64,000 nucleotides of DNA, from IMG/VR virus record IMGVR_UViG_3300025174_000006, one strand, 5' to 3'. The DNA comes from an uncultured virus (IMG/VR IMGVR_UViG_3300025174_000006). Taxonomy: Duplodnaviria > Heunggongvirae > Uroviricota > Caudoviricetes. The translations under genes were made by a program, and so were the position numbers. Positions 18,154-27,163 of the stretch are shown here, one piece after another. The notes beneath the pieces are model-generated. The model searched no databases, was not told the DNA's origin, and saw only the letters and a list, made by a program, of their open reading frames with translations. Numbering within the stretch: position 1 is the stretch's first letter; every line of letters begins with the position of its first letter.

Positions 18154-19719
18154 ATGTCAATAATAAGCGAATCATATAAAAATAAATTAATGAGACTTGC
18201 TGGAGTAAATTTAAAAACACTTACAGAAGCGTCAAGAATTGATTTTTTAAAAAATGACTTTATAGAAAGGGTCGGAAGAAAATATGATAAGTTCTTGAAA
18301 TTTTATTCTACAGGAATCTGGAATCCAGAAAAAGAGCCGGATAACTTTATAAAAAATATATTATGGAACGAAAAATTAGTTTTTACAAATACAAGGAATG
18401 TTAAAAATGTTTTAATACCAAGACAAAGATTTGTAGAAACAATGACTAATGCATATTTTATACAATTAGAAAATGCAGACCCAACAGAAAATAATCAATA
18501 TTTAACTTGGTTAATAAATATATTTCTTGCTGGAAATCTTCCTACAGAAGACATTTATAAAGTCAATGAAGCTCTTACTTTGTTTTATAAAAACAAAGAA
18601 AAATTACCGGTAGAGCAAAGAAACATAAACTCTTTTAAAGATTTATCATCTCTTTTTTCAACAATTTCCAAATATAGTTCTGAGGATGAATTAAGTACTT
18701 CTGAAAAAGAACGAATAATTAAACTTGAAGGTGCAGAACAAATTTATGATAGTCCAAATTGGAAAATAATTATCCCAAAAACAAAAGAAGCTGCATGTTT
18801 GTATGGAAAAAGTACTAAATGGTGTACAGCATCTGAAGATAATAATAGATTTAAGTATTATAGTCAACAAAGTCCTCTCTATATTTTAATAGATAAAAGG
18901 ATAAAAGATGATAGGGATATATTTAAAAAATTACAATTTCATTTTTCATCCAATCAATTTATGGACACAACAGATAGACAAATAAGTGTTAATAAATTTT
19001 TTAATGAGAATAGAGAACTAAAAGATTTTTTTAAAAAAATAGGAGAAATAGATGCTTCTTTTGAGATAGAACATATATTAGTCTCAAAAGAAGAGGGGTT
19101 AAATCTTTTAAAAACAACAAAAAATAAAATCGCCTTAATTGAAAGAAAAAATTTTAATTTTCTTAAGGATTTTTTCCTTGGAATTGGGGCTAAAAAAGAA
19201 TTTATACAAGCAATATTAACAGATAAAGAATTTATAAAGCATTTATTTGAATACGGTTTATTCGATAATTTAATTGACTCTTATAAAGAAATGGATGTTC
19301 CCTTAGAAGGTCTTAATGTAATAAAATCATTACCATGGTTAAATTCATGGATTATGAATAAAGACACTAAGCCTGAAAGAATTCAAGATTTTATATTTAG
19401 TATTTCAAAAAATTTAGGAAACGAAGGACAAGAGTTCGTTAAACATTTACTAACAAAAGGAGGAATTATTTGGAATGCACTTCTTCAGCCTGGAAACATA
19501 AGAATAACACATTATTTTAATATGTTATCTTCAAGAAAATCTCTTGGAACTTCCGGAATGATCATGTCAAAAAAATTATTAAGAAACCCAAGTGTTATAG
19601 CTGAATTATTATCAAAAGGGGTGTCTAAAACATCTATTGAAATGCTTAATAATTTTTACAATAGCGGAATAAAGGAATGTTATCAAGCACGTTTATATTT
19701 AAGAAACATACTTAGGTAA
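18154..19719 (+). CDS. Putative virion-associated protein with LAG leader; paralog of 42298-43812
   Basis: ADPT...Y..WL, ED.YK, IIIPK..EA.C.Y...TKWCT, PLYI.ID, QFHF.SNQFM. Confidence 0.7.
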   Translation: MSIISESYKNKLMRLAGVNLKTLTEASRIDFLKNDFIERVGRKYDKFLKFYSTGIWNPEKEPDNFIKNILWNEKLVFTNTRNVKNVLIPRQRFVETMTNAYFIQLENADPTENNQYLTWLINIFLAGNLPTEDIYKVNEALTLFYKNKEKLPVEQRNINSFKDLSSLFSTISKYSSEDELSTSEKERIIKLEGAEQIYDSPNWKIIIPKTKEAACLYGKSTKWCTASEDNNRFKYYSQQSPLYILIDKRIKDDRDIFKKLQFHFSSNQFMDTTDRQISVNKFFNENRELKDFFKKIGEIDASFEIEHILVSKEEGLNLLKTTKNKIALIERKNFNFLKDFFLGIGAKKEFIQAILTDKEFIKHLFEYGLFDNLIDSYKEMDVPLEGLNVIKSLPWLNSWIMNKDTKPERIQDFIFSISKNLGNEGQEFVKHLLTKGGIIWNALLQPGNIRITHYFNMLSSRKSLGTSGMIMSKKLLRNPSVIAELLSKGVSKTSIEMLNNFYNSGIKECYQARLYLRNILR

Positions 19720-19721
19720 TA

Positions 19722-20078
19722 TTAAAATGGCAAATCCTCTTTATCATCATAAACAATCCCTGAGTTTTCAGCTGGAGTTTCTACAAAATCAGGAGATTTT
19801 TTAATAATCTCTATTCTCCACACTTCTAAAGAATTAAAAACTCTAACAATACTATTTTTATCAACAAATTCTTTTCCTTTTAAATCAAATAAAAGTTTCA
19901 CTTCATCTCCTGGATTTAAACCATCAGCCAAAGAAACATTATTTTGAATTAATGTAAATTCTGAAGTCTGTGGATAATTCGTACTTTTAGAATGTTCTAC
20001 AATCAATCTTCTTTTCTTAAATTTTTCAGAAATCTGTTCCAGATTTTCTACTCTTATTATTTTTGCTATTATTTCCAT
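19722..20078 (-). CDS. DUF3127-family OB-fold ssDNA-binding-like protein
   Basis: F.KR, YPQ...F, GDEV...F.L.G.E, FNSL..WRI, acidic tail ending DLPF. Confidence 0.8.
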   Translation of the reverse strand: MEIIAKIIRVENLEQISEKFKKRRLIVEHSKSTNYPQTSEFTLIQNNVSLADGLNPGDEVKLLFDLKGKEFVDKNSIVRVFNSLEVWRIEIIKKSPDFVETPAENSGIVYDDKEDLPF

Positions 20079-20185
20079 TTTATGTTGTTTTTAGCAAATG
20101 TAACTATTTAAAATAGAAAAACACATTATTATTGACTTTTTCATTAAAAAATGTTTTATTTGAATAATTTTAAAAAAACAAAAAT

Positions 20186-20443
20186 ATGAACGAACCGGAT
20201 AATCAACAACAAAATAGTGACGAGACTATGCAATATGATTCTAAAATCAATAACGTAGTAGCTCTTACTCAACTCATAGGTACAATAGTCGATTATTATT
20301 CTTTCAAAAGCAAGATAATAGAAGATGAGGATGATGTGGAAAAATGGAAAAAAAATCCAGATGAGACTCCAATTATACCAACAAAAATAGACGGTGTTAT
20401 AGAGAAATCCTTTCTATTCCAGCTTAAAAAATTCACCGAATAA
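20186..20443 (+). CDS. Hypothetical protein
   Basis: 85-aa ORF coupled to the next gene. Confidence 0.55.
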   Translation: MNEPDNQQQNSDETMQYDSKINNVVALTQLIGTIVDYYSFKSKIIEDEDDVEKWKKNPDETPIIPTKIDGVIEKSFLFQLKKFTE

Positions 20444-20445
20444 GG

Positions 20446-21117
20446 ATGGAATTTGATGAATTGATAAGTAATATTGATTTACATTCTCCGTTCCATAAAA
20501 TGCTGGAAAAAAATAAATTAACAATTACACAAAATGAATTATTAAAATATGTTGATGATAATCATTTTACAATAATACATAAAAGAAGGCAAGAAGGAGT
20601 TAGTACTGCGTTATCAGTTTATATTTTGTGGTTATTAATTAATAATCCGGGACATTCAATTGCTTTGATATTTTCTCAGACAGAAGAGAGGGAAAAATTC
20701 AGACAAATTATCAACATGAATTTAACTTTACTTGAAAAAATATTTAAACTTCATGGCTATGATATGGTTTTAACAGCTAAAAACCATAACATAAATGAAA
20801 CTATATTTCCAAATGGTTCGCGTATTCATTATTGGTCAAAAAACAATAAACATGCCGGCAGGGGTCATAGTTTAGATTTTGTTTATATATCAGAAGTAAC
20901 TCACCAAGATAATTACATGGAACTAATTCAATGCCTTTATCCATGCGTTGCAATGAGTAAAAAAGGTAGATTTCTAATCACTTCATCAACTATTAGGACA
21001 CTAAAGGAAGACTTCTTTATGAATGGAGAAGGAATTTCCGAATACTGGTGTAATGATTTTTTCGATGGTAAAAGATTTGTAATAGTAGAAAAATACGAAT
21101 TCAATCATAAAGTGTGA
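20446..21117 (+). CDS. Degenerate terminase-large-subunit ATPase-like domain
   Basis: K.RQ.G.ST, F.NGS.I, GRG.....YISEV (Walker B D replaced by S); no nuclease domain. Confidence 0.55.
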   Translation: MEFDELISNIDLHSPFHKMLEKNKLTITQNELLKYVDDNHFTIIHKRRQEGVSTALSVYILWLLINNPGHSIALIFSQTEEREKFRQIINMNLTLLEKIFKLHGYDMVLTAKNHNINETIFPNGSRIHYWSKNNKHAGRGHSLDFVYISEVTHQDNYMELIQCLYPCVAMSKKGRFLITSSTIRTLKEDFFMNGEGISEYWCNDFFDGKRFVIVEKYEFNHKV

Positions 21118-21674
21118 ATTTTAAAATCAAGCTCTTTTGATAGTGTGTCATAATAAATTCCTATATCTCTCTGTACACATGAAACATCTCTATATTTTTG
21201 AAACATGTCAAATACAAGCATTTCAAACACAGAGCTAGTCAAGAAATCAACCGAAACTTTATATCCACAAACACAAAGAGCTCCTGTTTTTTTTAAAAAA
21301 TCTTTTATTCTTGAATTTTCAGCCTGAAGCACAAGACAACTTCCAAAGAAAATTATCTTATCCTTACAAGAATCCTTTAATATCTCTGATATTTCTTCTA
21401 ATGTTATATCTTCTTTCCCTATTTTTATTTCTCCCTCATTCCCATGAAACGCTATATAACAAATAGAATAATTTGAATATTTTTTTAATTTCCATTGTGA
21501 AAGATAATAAAAGAGCGATTCTTTAGTCCCACAATGTTTATGAATGTATTTAATGTCACAATTTTTTTCTAAAAACATTAAAGAAGCAAATATACTTGAT
21601 TGTTGACGCAAATCTTTTTGCCAATCCCCTTCAAGACAAAAAATGTTCTTTTTATATTTTTTAGAGATTTTCAT
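21105..21674 (-). CDS. DUF6642-like / caspase-CHAT-fold protein
   Basis: IFCLEG.W, YIAFHG, FFGSC His-Cys dyad pattern, GY...VD. Confidence 0.6.
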   Translation of the reverse strand: MKISKKYKKNIFCLEGDWQKDLRQQSSIFASLMFLEKNCDIKYIHKHCGTKESLFYYLSQWKLKKYSNYSICYIAFHGNEGEIKIGKEDITLEEISEILKDSCKDKIIFFGSCLVLQAENSRIKDFLKKTGALCVCGYKVSVDFLTSSVFEMLVFDMFQKYRDVSCVQRDIGIYYDTLSKELDFKIHTL

Positions 21675-21771
21675 TATGTTCTTTATAGTAAATATAGAGG
21701 TTTTAATTTAAAATAAGGAATAATTTTTATATTTTTTTACATATTTAGTTAAAAAGCTCTAATAACTTAAA

Positions 21772-22017
21772 ATGAAAAGATTTACGGAAAGTGAATTAAA
21801 AAAGTATCTACAATCACAAGTGGAAAAAATAGTTATTTCAGAAGGTTTAATTAAAAAACAGAAAAGTAATCCGGTTCCGGAATTTGAAAGCTCTAAGAAA
21901 GAAACTGTATCAGAATCAGATAATATTCAAATTGAGGATGTAAAATTACTGGCTGAAGAGATAAAACGTATGAAAGAGCTTATTGATTTTAGAAATCCTT
22001 TACTAAAAAAAGAATAA
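21772..22017 (+). CDS. Small putative head-associated protein
   Basis: TESELK..L and EEIKRMKEL motifs shared with leader-bearing proteins. Confidence 0.55.
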   Translation: MKRFTESELKKYLQSQVEKIVISEGLIKKQKSNPVPEFESSKKETVSESDNIQIEDVKLLAEEIKRMKELIDFRNPLLKKE

Positions 22018-22057
22018 TAACAACTTCGATAACAATTGCAGTTATCCAACGAGTTTA

Positions 22058-22087
22058 AAAAACCTTCAATTTTATTGGAGGTTTTTT
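22058..22087 (+). terminator. Intrinsic terminator
   Basis: AAAAAACCTTCAAT...ATTGGAGGTTTTTT. Confidence 0.65.
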
Positions 22088-22133
22088 GTTTTTATCAATT
22101 TATTCCTTTTTATTTGCATTAAATTATTAAACC

Positions 22134-22721
22134 ATGGAAGATTCAGAATTTTTTTTAAAAATAGATGCTATGTTAAGTAAAACATTAAAAAACCAAACAC
22201 TCAAAGAGATGCAAGATGAATTAATAGTTGAAATTACTAAAAATAAAGAAAACCATAAAGAAAATTTTAATCCTGCATTAGTTTTTAAAAAAATTGGACA
22301 AAATATATTTCGAAAATTTCTTGAAACAGAGAGAGGGTATACATTACTTTATGATTGTGAAGACAACACTTTTGACCAAACATATATAAAAAATGGGAAA
22401 ATAGAAGTATTTGAATTAAAAACAGATTACACCCATATGATAAATGATGATAATACTGGAGAAATAGCAGATACAAAAAACATAGTAATCGAATTTAAAT
22501 CCATTGATAAAATGGCTAAATTTTTTGTTACATACTTTCCTCAAATAAATGAGTTATGGTTAATTAGAACAGAAAAATTAAAGAAGCTTATTGAAGAAGA
22601 GAAATATAATTTTCAAACAATAAAAACAGGTGACAATATAACTTATTTAACAAATAGAATAGAAATTAAATCAGAATTCAGCATAACAAATGTTTGCAAA
22701 GAAGAAATTGTAGTAGTGTAA
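22134..22721 (+). CDS. Putative PD-(D/E)XK nuclease-fold protein
   Basis: FD...(I/F)ELKTD...NIVIEF pattern. Confidence 0.5.
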   Translation: MEDSEFFLKIDAMLSKTLKNQTLKEMQDELIVEITKNKENHKENFNPALVFKKIGQNIFRKFLETERGYTLLYDCEDNTFDQTYIKNGKIEVFELKTDYTHMINDDNTGEIADTKNIVIEFKSIDKMAKFFVTYFPQINELWLIRTEKLKKLIEEEKYNFQTIKTGDNITYLTNRIEIKSEFSITNVCKEEIVVV

Positions 22722-23344
22722 TGGTAAAAAGCATATCATATAATGAAGAAGAAATTATAAACTGGATATTAAATCTCCATTGCAAGACTTCTATTGAGCT
22801 TGATCCAACATACAGTAAAGGAAATTTCTATAAAGGAAGTATTACTAAACCGAAATATAAATTCGACCTATATCCTCAAATTGATGGAGTAGAACGTGCT
22901 AATGCTGAAAAATTGCCATTAGAAGACATTAGCATTAATACTATAATGTTTGACCCACCATTCTTAGCAACAAAAGGAAAATCTTTAACAATAGACAATG
23001 GAAGTAATAAAATAAACAAAAGATTTGGTGTTTATCCTACAGAAAAAGAATTACACACATTTTATATCAATGCTTTAATTGAATTCCATAGAATATTAAA
23101 ACCTAATGGTGTCCTTATATTTAAATGTCAAGATAAAGTAAGTTCCGGAACACAGTATTTTAGTCACAATTTCATAATTAATGAAGCAAATAAATTAGGG
23201 TTTTACACAAAAGACATGTTTATATTATTAGCAAAACAAAGAATAGTGGCAAACTGGCAGTTAAAAAACCAGAAGAATGCCAGAAAATTTCATTCATACT
23301 TTCTCGTATTTGAAAAATCGAATAAAACAGTCAAATATATTTAA
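22721..23344 (+). CDS. Amino (N6A/N4C) DNA methyltransferase
   Basis: LDPTYSKG.F, MFDPPF, E..RILKP.G.LIFK. Confidence 0.8.
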   Translation: MVKSISYNEEEIINWILNLHCKTSIELDPTYSKGNFYKGSITKPKYKFDLYPQIDGVERANAEKLPLEDISINTIMFDPPFLATKGKSLTIDNGSNKINKRFGVYPTEKELHTFYINALIEFHRILKPNGVLIFKCQDKVSSGTQYFSHNFIINEANKLGFYTKDMFILLAKQRIVANWQLKNQKNARKFHSYFLVFEKSNKTVKYI

Positions 23345-23346
23345 CT

Positions 23347-23571
23347 TTGGGACATTACATTGATAATTATTTAAAAGCACTTCCGCCTTTTTTAAAACAA
23401 AATCAAAACGATGAAAATGTTCTAACAAGGATTGTTATTGTTGAAAAATATAATATAAATCCTTGGATTTGCTCAGGCAATTTAATAGAAGATTTAAAAA
23501 AAGACATGGATTATTTTCGTGCTAAAATGTTTAACTGTGTTGGAATTCCCTCAAAATACTTCGAAATATAA
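23347..23571 (+). CDS. Small protein with TRIVIVEK motif
   Basis: 74-aa ORF. Confidence 0.45.
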   Translation: MGHYIDNYLKALPPFLKQNQNDENVLTRIVIVEKYNINPWICSGNLIEDLKKDMDYFRAKMFNCVGIPSKYFEI

Positions 23572-23600
23572 TATTTTTTTAGATTATTTAATGATAAATC

Positions 23601-24239
23601 ATGTATTTATCTGAATCATATAAAAATCGTCTTAAATTGCTATCTGGAGTTATTCTTGAAGATGGTTCTGATGCTGTGAAGCACACTCCTGGTCTTGACG
23701 AATTCTTAGAAAAAGTAGTCGAAAGATATAAAATTGACAACACATTTGTTGATATAATAAAACAATTTATTTTAAATTCTGATTGTAAAAAAATTTCAAT
23801 TGAAAATCTTAAAATGGGTGATGCTGTTGCTATGTCTGATAGATTAATATTAAGTCCAAATGTTTTCAGAAATCATTTAGGTAGATTTTTATTCATATTA
23901 TTTCATGAAACAGCTCATCAATATCAATTTAAAAAATATGGTGAGGATAAAATGCTTTCACTTTATACCGGCGACATTTCAATAAAAGAAGCTGCAGAAC
24001 TTATGAAAAAAATAGAAGTTATCGCTGATGACTTTGCTGCAAGAAAAATTAGAGAATTAATTAAATTAAAATTTTTACATCCAAAGCATAGTGAATTCAA
24101 AGGATTTTACAAGGATGTTCCTATTGAAAAACTTTCACAAACCATTATTCAAATAAAGGATATGTTAAAAAAACTAAACATAACCGAACCATCCAAAATT
24201 AGTGAAGTATTTTATAATTGGGTAAAGGCCGACTTATAA
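23601..24239 (+). CDS. Zincin-like protein with LSG leader
   Basis: FHETAH and E..AD.FA motifs; leader MYLSESYKNRLKLLSG. Confidence 0.7.
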   Translation: MYLSESYKNRLKLLSGVILEDGSDAVKHTPGLDEFLEKVVERYKIDNTFVDIIKQFILNSDCKKISIENLKMGDAVAMSDRLILSPNVFRNHLGRFLFILFHETAHQYQFKKYGEDKMLSLYTGDISIKEAAELMKKIEVIADDFAARKIRELIKLKFLHPKHSEFKGFYKDVPIEKLSQTIIQIKDMLKKLNITEPSKISEVFYNWVKADL

Positions 24240-24279
24240 CTCTAATTATAACTTTTTTCAAGATATTTAATGATAAGTT

Positions 24280-26139
24280 ATGAACTTATCAGAATCGTAC
24301 AAAAATCGCCTTAAATTATTGTCAGGAATTATTTCTGAGAATGTTTCTAATATCCAAGAATTAGATATTGAAGACGTATCTATTCCGGCAAGCTACATAA
24401 AAGATTCCTTAAATCCACAAATATGGGATGGTGATAAGTTAAAACCAGAAATAAGAGAACATTTACTAAATATAGTTAATGGATACAAAAAGCATCTTGA
24501 ATTAAAAATAGAACCTAAAGATGTTAAATTTTTGGGAAGTATGGCTAATTTCAACTGGACAGATGCAAGTGATATTGATGTCCATTTATTTTATGACATA
24601 AAAAACATCTCTGATAATACAGAACTTACTAAGCAATTACTTGAAAGTAAAGGTAAAGATTGGAAAGATAATCACGATATAAAAATAAAAGGTTTCAATG
24701 TTGAATTATATGCTCAGGATATTAATGACCAATATCACTCTGGTGGTGTTTATGATTTACTTAATAACGACTGGATTAGTAAGCCAAAAAAAGAAGATGT
24801 TAAAGTTGACAAAGAATTAATAAAAAGAAAATCTTCTTCCATTGCTACAAGAATAGAACATGTTGAAAAATTGTCTGATAATAATCCAGATAAAGTTTAT
24901 AAAGAAGCAAAAAAATTAAAAGATAAAATCAAAAAAATGAGACAAGCTGGTTTAGATAAAACTGGTGAATTTTCTGCTGAGAATTTAGTTTTTAAATACT
25001 TAAGAAACAATGGTTATCTTGATAGGTTAGGAAAAGTTATCTCAAAATCTTTTGATAAAAATCTATCACTGGATGAAACTAACATTACTGAAGCTAACCA
25101 CGATATTGATCCAAGACATTTAAGGAAAGTTATTTTTAAAAGCAAACGCAGGCCAGAAATGATTATTGTCGTTAGTAAGACTTTAGATGGTAGAATTGTT
25201 GACATAGAAAATAAATTCAATATAAATTTCCCATTTAAAGTAGGACAGATTCTAAATAGAAACCATGAAACATGGGCTTGTAATAATCATTATTTTGTAA
25301 ATGACAAAGATACTTGTCCGGAAGAAAAAGTATTTGGTATTAGAAAAAGTGATATTCCTCAAGGACATGAATTAAGAATGATGTTTCCGGGTAAATTTAA
25401 AAACGAATCAAAAATGGAATTAAATGAAGAAACCAATAAACTTTCCTCGAAAGAATCACTTGAAATAAAAAGGGTAGCTAAAAAAGGAAATTTAAATATT
25501 GGAAGATATGATATCAACGAGCTTATTATGGGATTTCAAATTGAAAAAGAACATGGTACAGTTAATCCAATAACAAATGTTACTAATGATGATGAAGTGA
25601 AAACCTTAAAAATTGCTTTAGCTCATCTTAATGAGGTACCGGACTATTATACAAAACTTAAAAAGTATGTAGAAAATGGGATTTCAGAATCAAAAAAAGT
25701 AAAAAAAAAATTAATGAATGAATCAACAGATTTTGAAGAAAAACAAAAGCATAAATTAATTATAAAAAAATCCGTTGACAATCTTGACGAAAACAAAATT
25801 AATCTTATTAAAAAGTTTATAATTTTTTGTTGTAAAGAATTAAAGATAGATAGTTCGTGCACTGTATTTTTAACAGGAAAAAGGGGTGGTCCAATTACTA
25901 CTACTGCAAGTTATAATCCAGAAAATGACCATATTTGGATTTATACAAAAAACAGGAATATGCTGGCAGATCCAATGAGATCGATGGCGCACGAAATAAG
26001 ACATTTTAAACAAAAATTAGATGGTGTTTTAACTGAAAAGTCAGGTGAGGATGGAAGCATTCATGAGAATGAAGCAAATTCTTTTAGTGGATGTATGATT
26101 AGAAAGTTTGGTAAAAACAATAGAGAAATTTATCAATAA
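24280..26139 (+). CDS. Multidomain protein: nucleotidyltransferase, DUF5661-like, zincin domains
   Basis: GSMANFNW...SDIDVH; G..IEKEH...IALAHL.E.PDYY..L; AHEIRH...ENEAN. Confidence 0.75.
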   Translation: MNLSESYKNRLKLLSGIISENVSNIQELDIEDVSIPASYIKDSLNPQIWDGDKLKPEIREHLLNIVNGYKKHLELKIEPKDVKFLGSMANFNWTDASDIDVHLFYDIKNISDNTELTKQLLESKGKDWKDNHDIKIKGFNVELYAQDINDQYHSGGVYDLLNNDWISKPKKEDVKVDKELIKRKSSSIATRIEHVEKLSDNNPDKVYKEAKKLKDKIKKMRQAGLDKTGEFSAENLVFKYLRNNGYLDRLGKVISKSFDKNLSLDETNITEANHDIDPRHLRKVIFKSKRRPEMIIVVSKTLDGRIVDIENKFNINFPFKVGQILNRNHETWACNNHYFVNDKDTCPEEKVFGIRKSDIPQGHELRMMFPGKFKNESKMELNEETNKLSSKESLEIKRVAKKGNLNIGRYDINELIMGFQIEKEHGTVNPITNVTNDDEVKTLKIALAHLNEVPDYYTKLKKYVENGISESKKVKKKLMNESTDFEEKQKHKLIIKKSVDNLDENKINLIKKFIIFCCKELKIDSSCTVFLTGKRGGPITTTASYNPENDHIWIYTKNRNMLADPMRSMAHEIRHFKQKLDGVLTEKSGEDGSIHENEANSFSGCMIRKFGKNNREIYQ

Positions 26140-26140
26140 A

Positions 26141-26493
26141 CAAGCTCGCGACTTGGTTTATTTATCCTTGTAAAATTTGTTTTGCATTTGCTACTGGTCC
26201 CGCAACATTTGCTGTATTATTTGATATTTTTATTTTATTATCAAGCTTGTCACATCTAGAATCTAATTCCCTGTGAAGTTCATTGATGTCTTTTCTAAGT
26301 TCTTCATCACCAAAATTAATACTTTGATTTACAGTATTATCTAATTCATCAATCTTTCTACCTAACCTAAAAATTGCAACCACTACCAATGCGATGACAG
26401 TAACTACACATAAAGTTGACAGAATTGTTAAAAAAATAATTGTTGTTGTTTCCATAATTTGTTTCTCCTTTGTTTTTATAAGTCGCGAGCTTG
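26141..26493. repeat. Perfect 14-bp inverted repeat bracketing a single gene
   Basis: CAAGCTCGCGACTT 26141-26154 and AAGTCGCGAGCTTG 26480-26493. Confidence 0.8.
26162..26455 (-). CDS. Small single-TM plus coiled-coil protein, 97 aa
   Basis: Start METTT at 26455 after AAAGGAG; N-terminal hydrophobic helix. Confidence 0.7.
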   Translation of the reverse strand: METTTIIFLTILSTLCVVTVIALVVVAIFRLGRKIDELDNTVNQSINFGDEELRKDINELHRELDSRCDKLDNKIKISNNTANVAGPVANAKQILQG

Positions 26494-26577
26494 AGTAAAA
26501 CAAATTTAATTAGAAAAACTATTAAAGTCAATAGGTAGGTTTAAATTTTGAAATAATCAAAAGCCTCTATAGCATTA

Positions 26578-26949
26578 CTATGCAGGAGTGTTGTATTTTC
26601 CATCATCAAATATTGTTAATTGTTGTATTCTTTGAAGAAATATTACCTTCATTTCTGTTTCTTCGCCTATCCACCATGGTTTTTTTGAGTACATATTTGA
26701 CATTAATGTGAAGAATTCTTTTTCATTAAGCCCGGTATCTGTCAAATAAACTCCAGAAGCAATTATTCCACTTATGGTTCTATTGTCTGATTTCAAAACT
26801 CTGGCATAGCAAAAAAACCTTTCCCCAATCCTAATGTCAAATTCCATTCCAGGATTATACGACTTGTAAGCTGGTCTTATTGTAGAAAATGTGTCACATA
26901 AAAGTTTGTTATTCCAATTTTTCGAAAACTCGATTCTTTCGTATTCCAT
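26578..26949 (-). CDS. Hypothetical protein (possible ASCH/PUA-like fold)
   Basis: F...WN.KL....F.TIR pattern. Confidence 0.5.
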   Translation of the reverse strand: MEYERIEFSKNWNNKLLCDTFSTIRPAYKSYNPGMEFDIRIGERFFCYARVLKSDNRTISGIIASGVYLTDTGLNEKEFFTLMSNMYSKKPWWIGEETEMKVIFLQRIQQLTIFDDGKYNTPA

Positions 26950-26965
26950 TTACAATTATGCTTAT

Positions 26966-27157
26966 TTATTTGTAATTTTCCTTCCAACTATCACCTAATT
27001 CTTCTTTAATAATATCATCAATAAATGAATCAATTTCATCATCTGAAAGGAATTTTTTACCAGCTTTCTTTTGCCGTTTTAATTCCCTATCCAAACCAAG
27101 TGAAATTCTTTCTATTAATTTTGATTTGTCTTTTATTAATTTATTTATTTCGTTCAT
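26966..27157 (-). CDS. Hypothetical protein
   Basis: 63-aa ORF in operon. Confidence 0.5.
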   Translation of the reverse strand: MNEINKLIKDKSKLIERISLGLDRELKRQKKAGKKFLSDDEIDSFIDDIIKEELGDSWKENYK

Positions 27158-27163
27158 TTCTAT

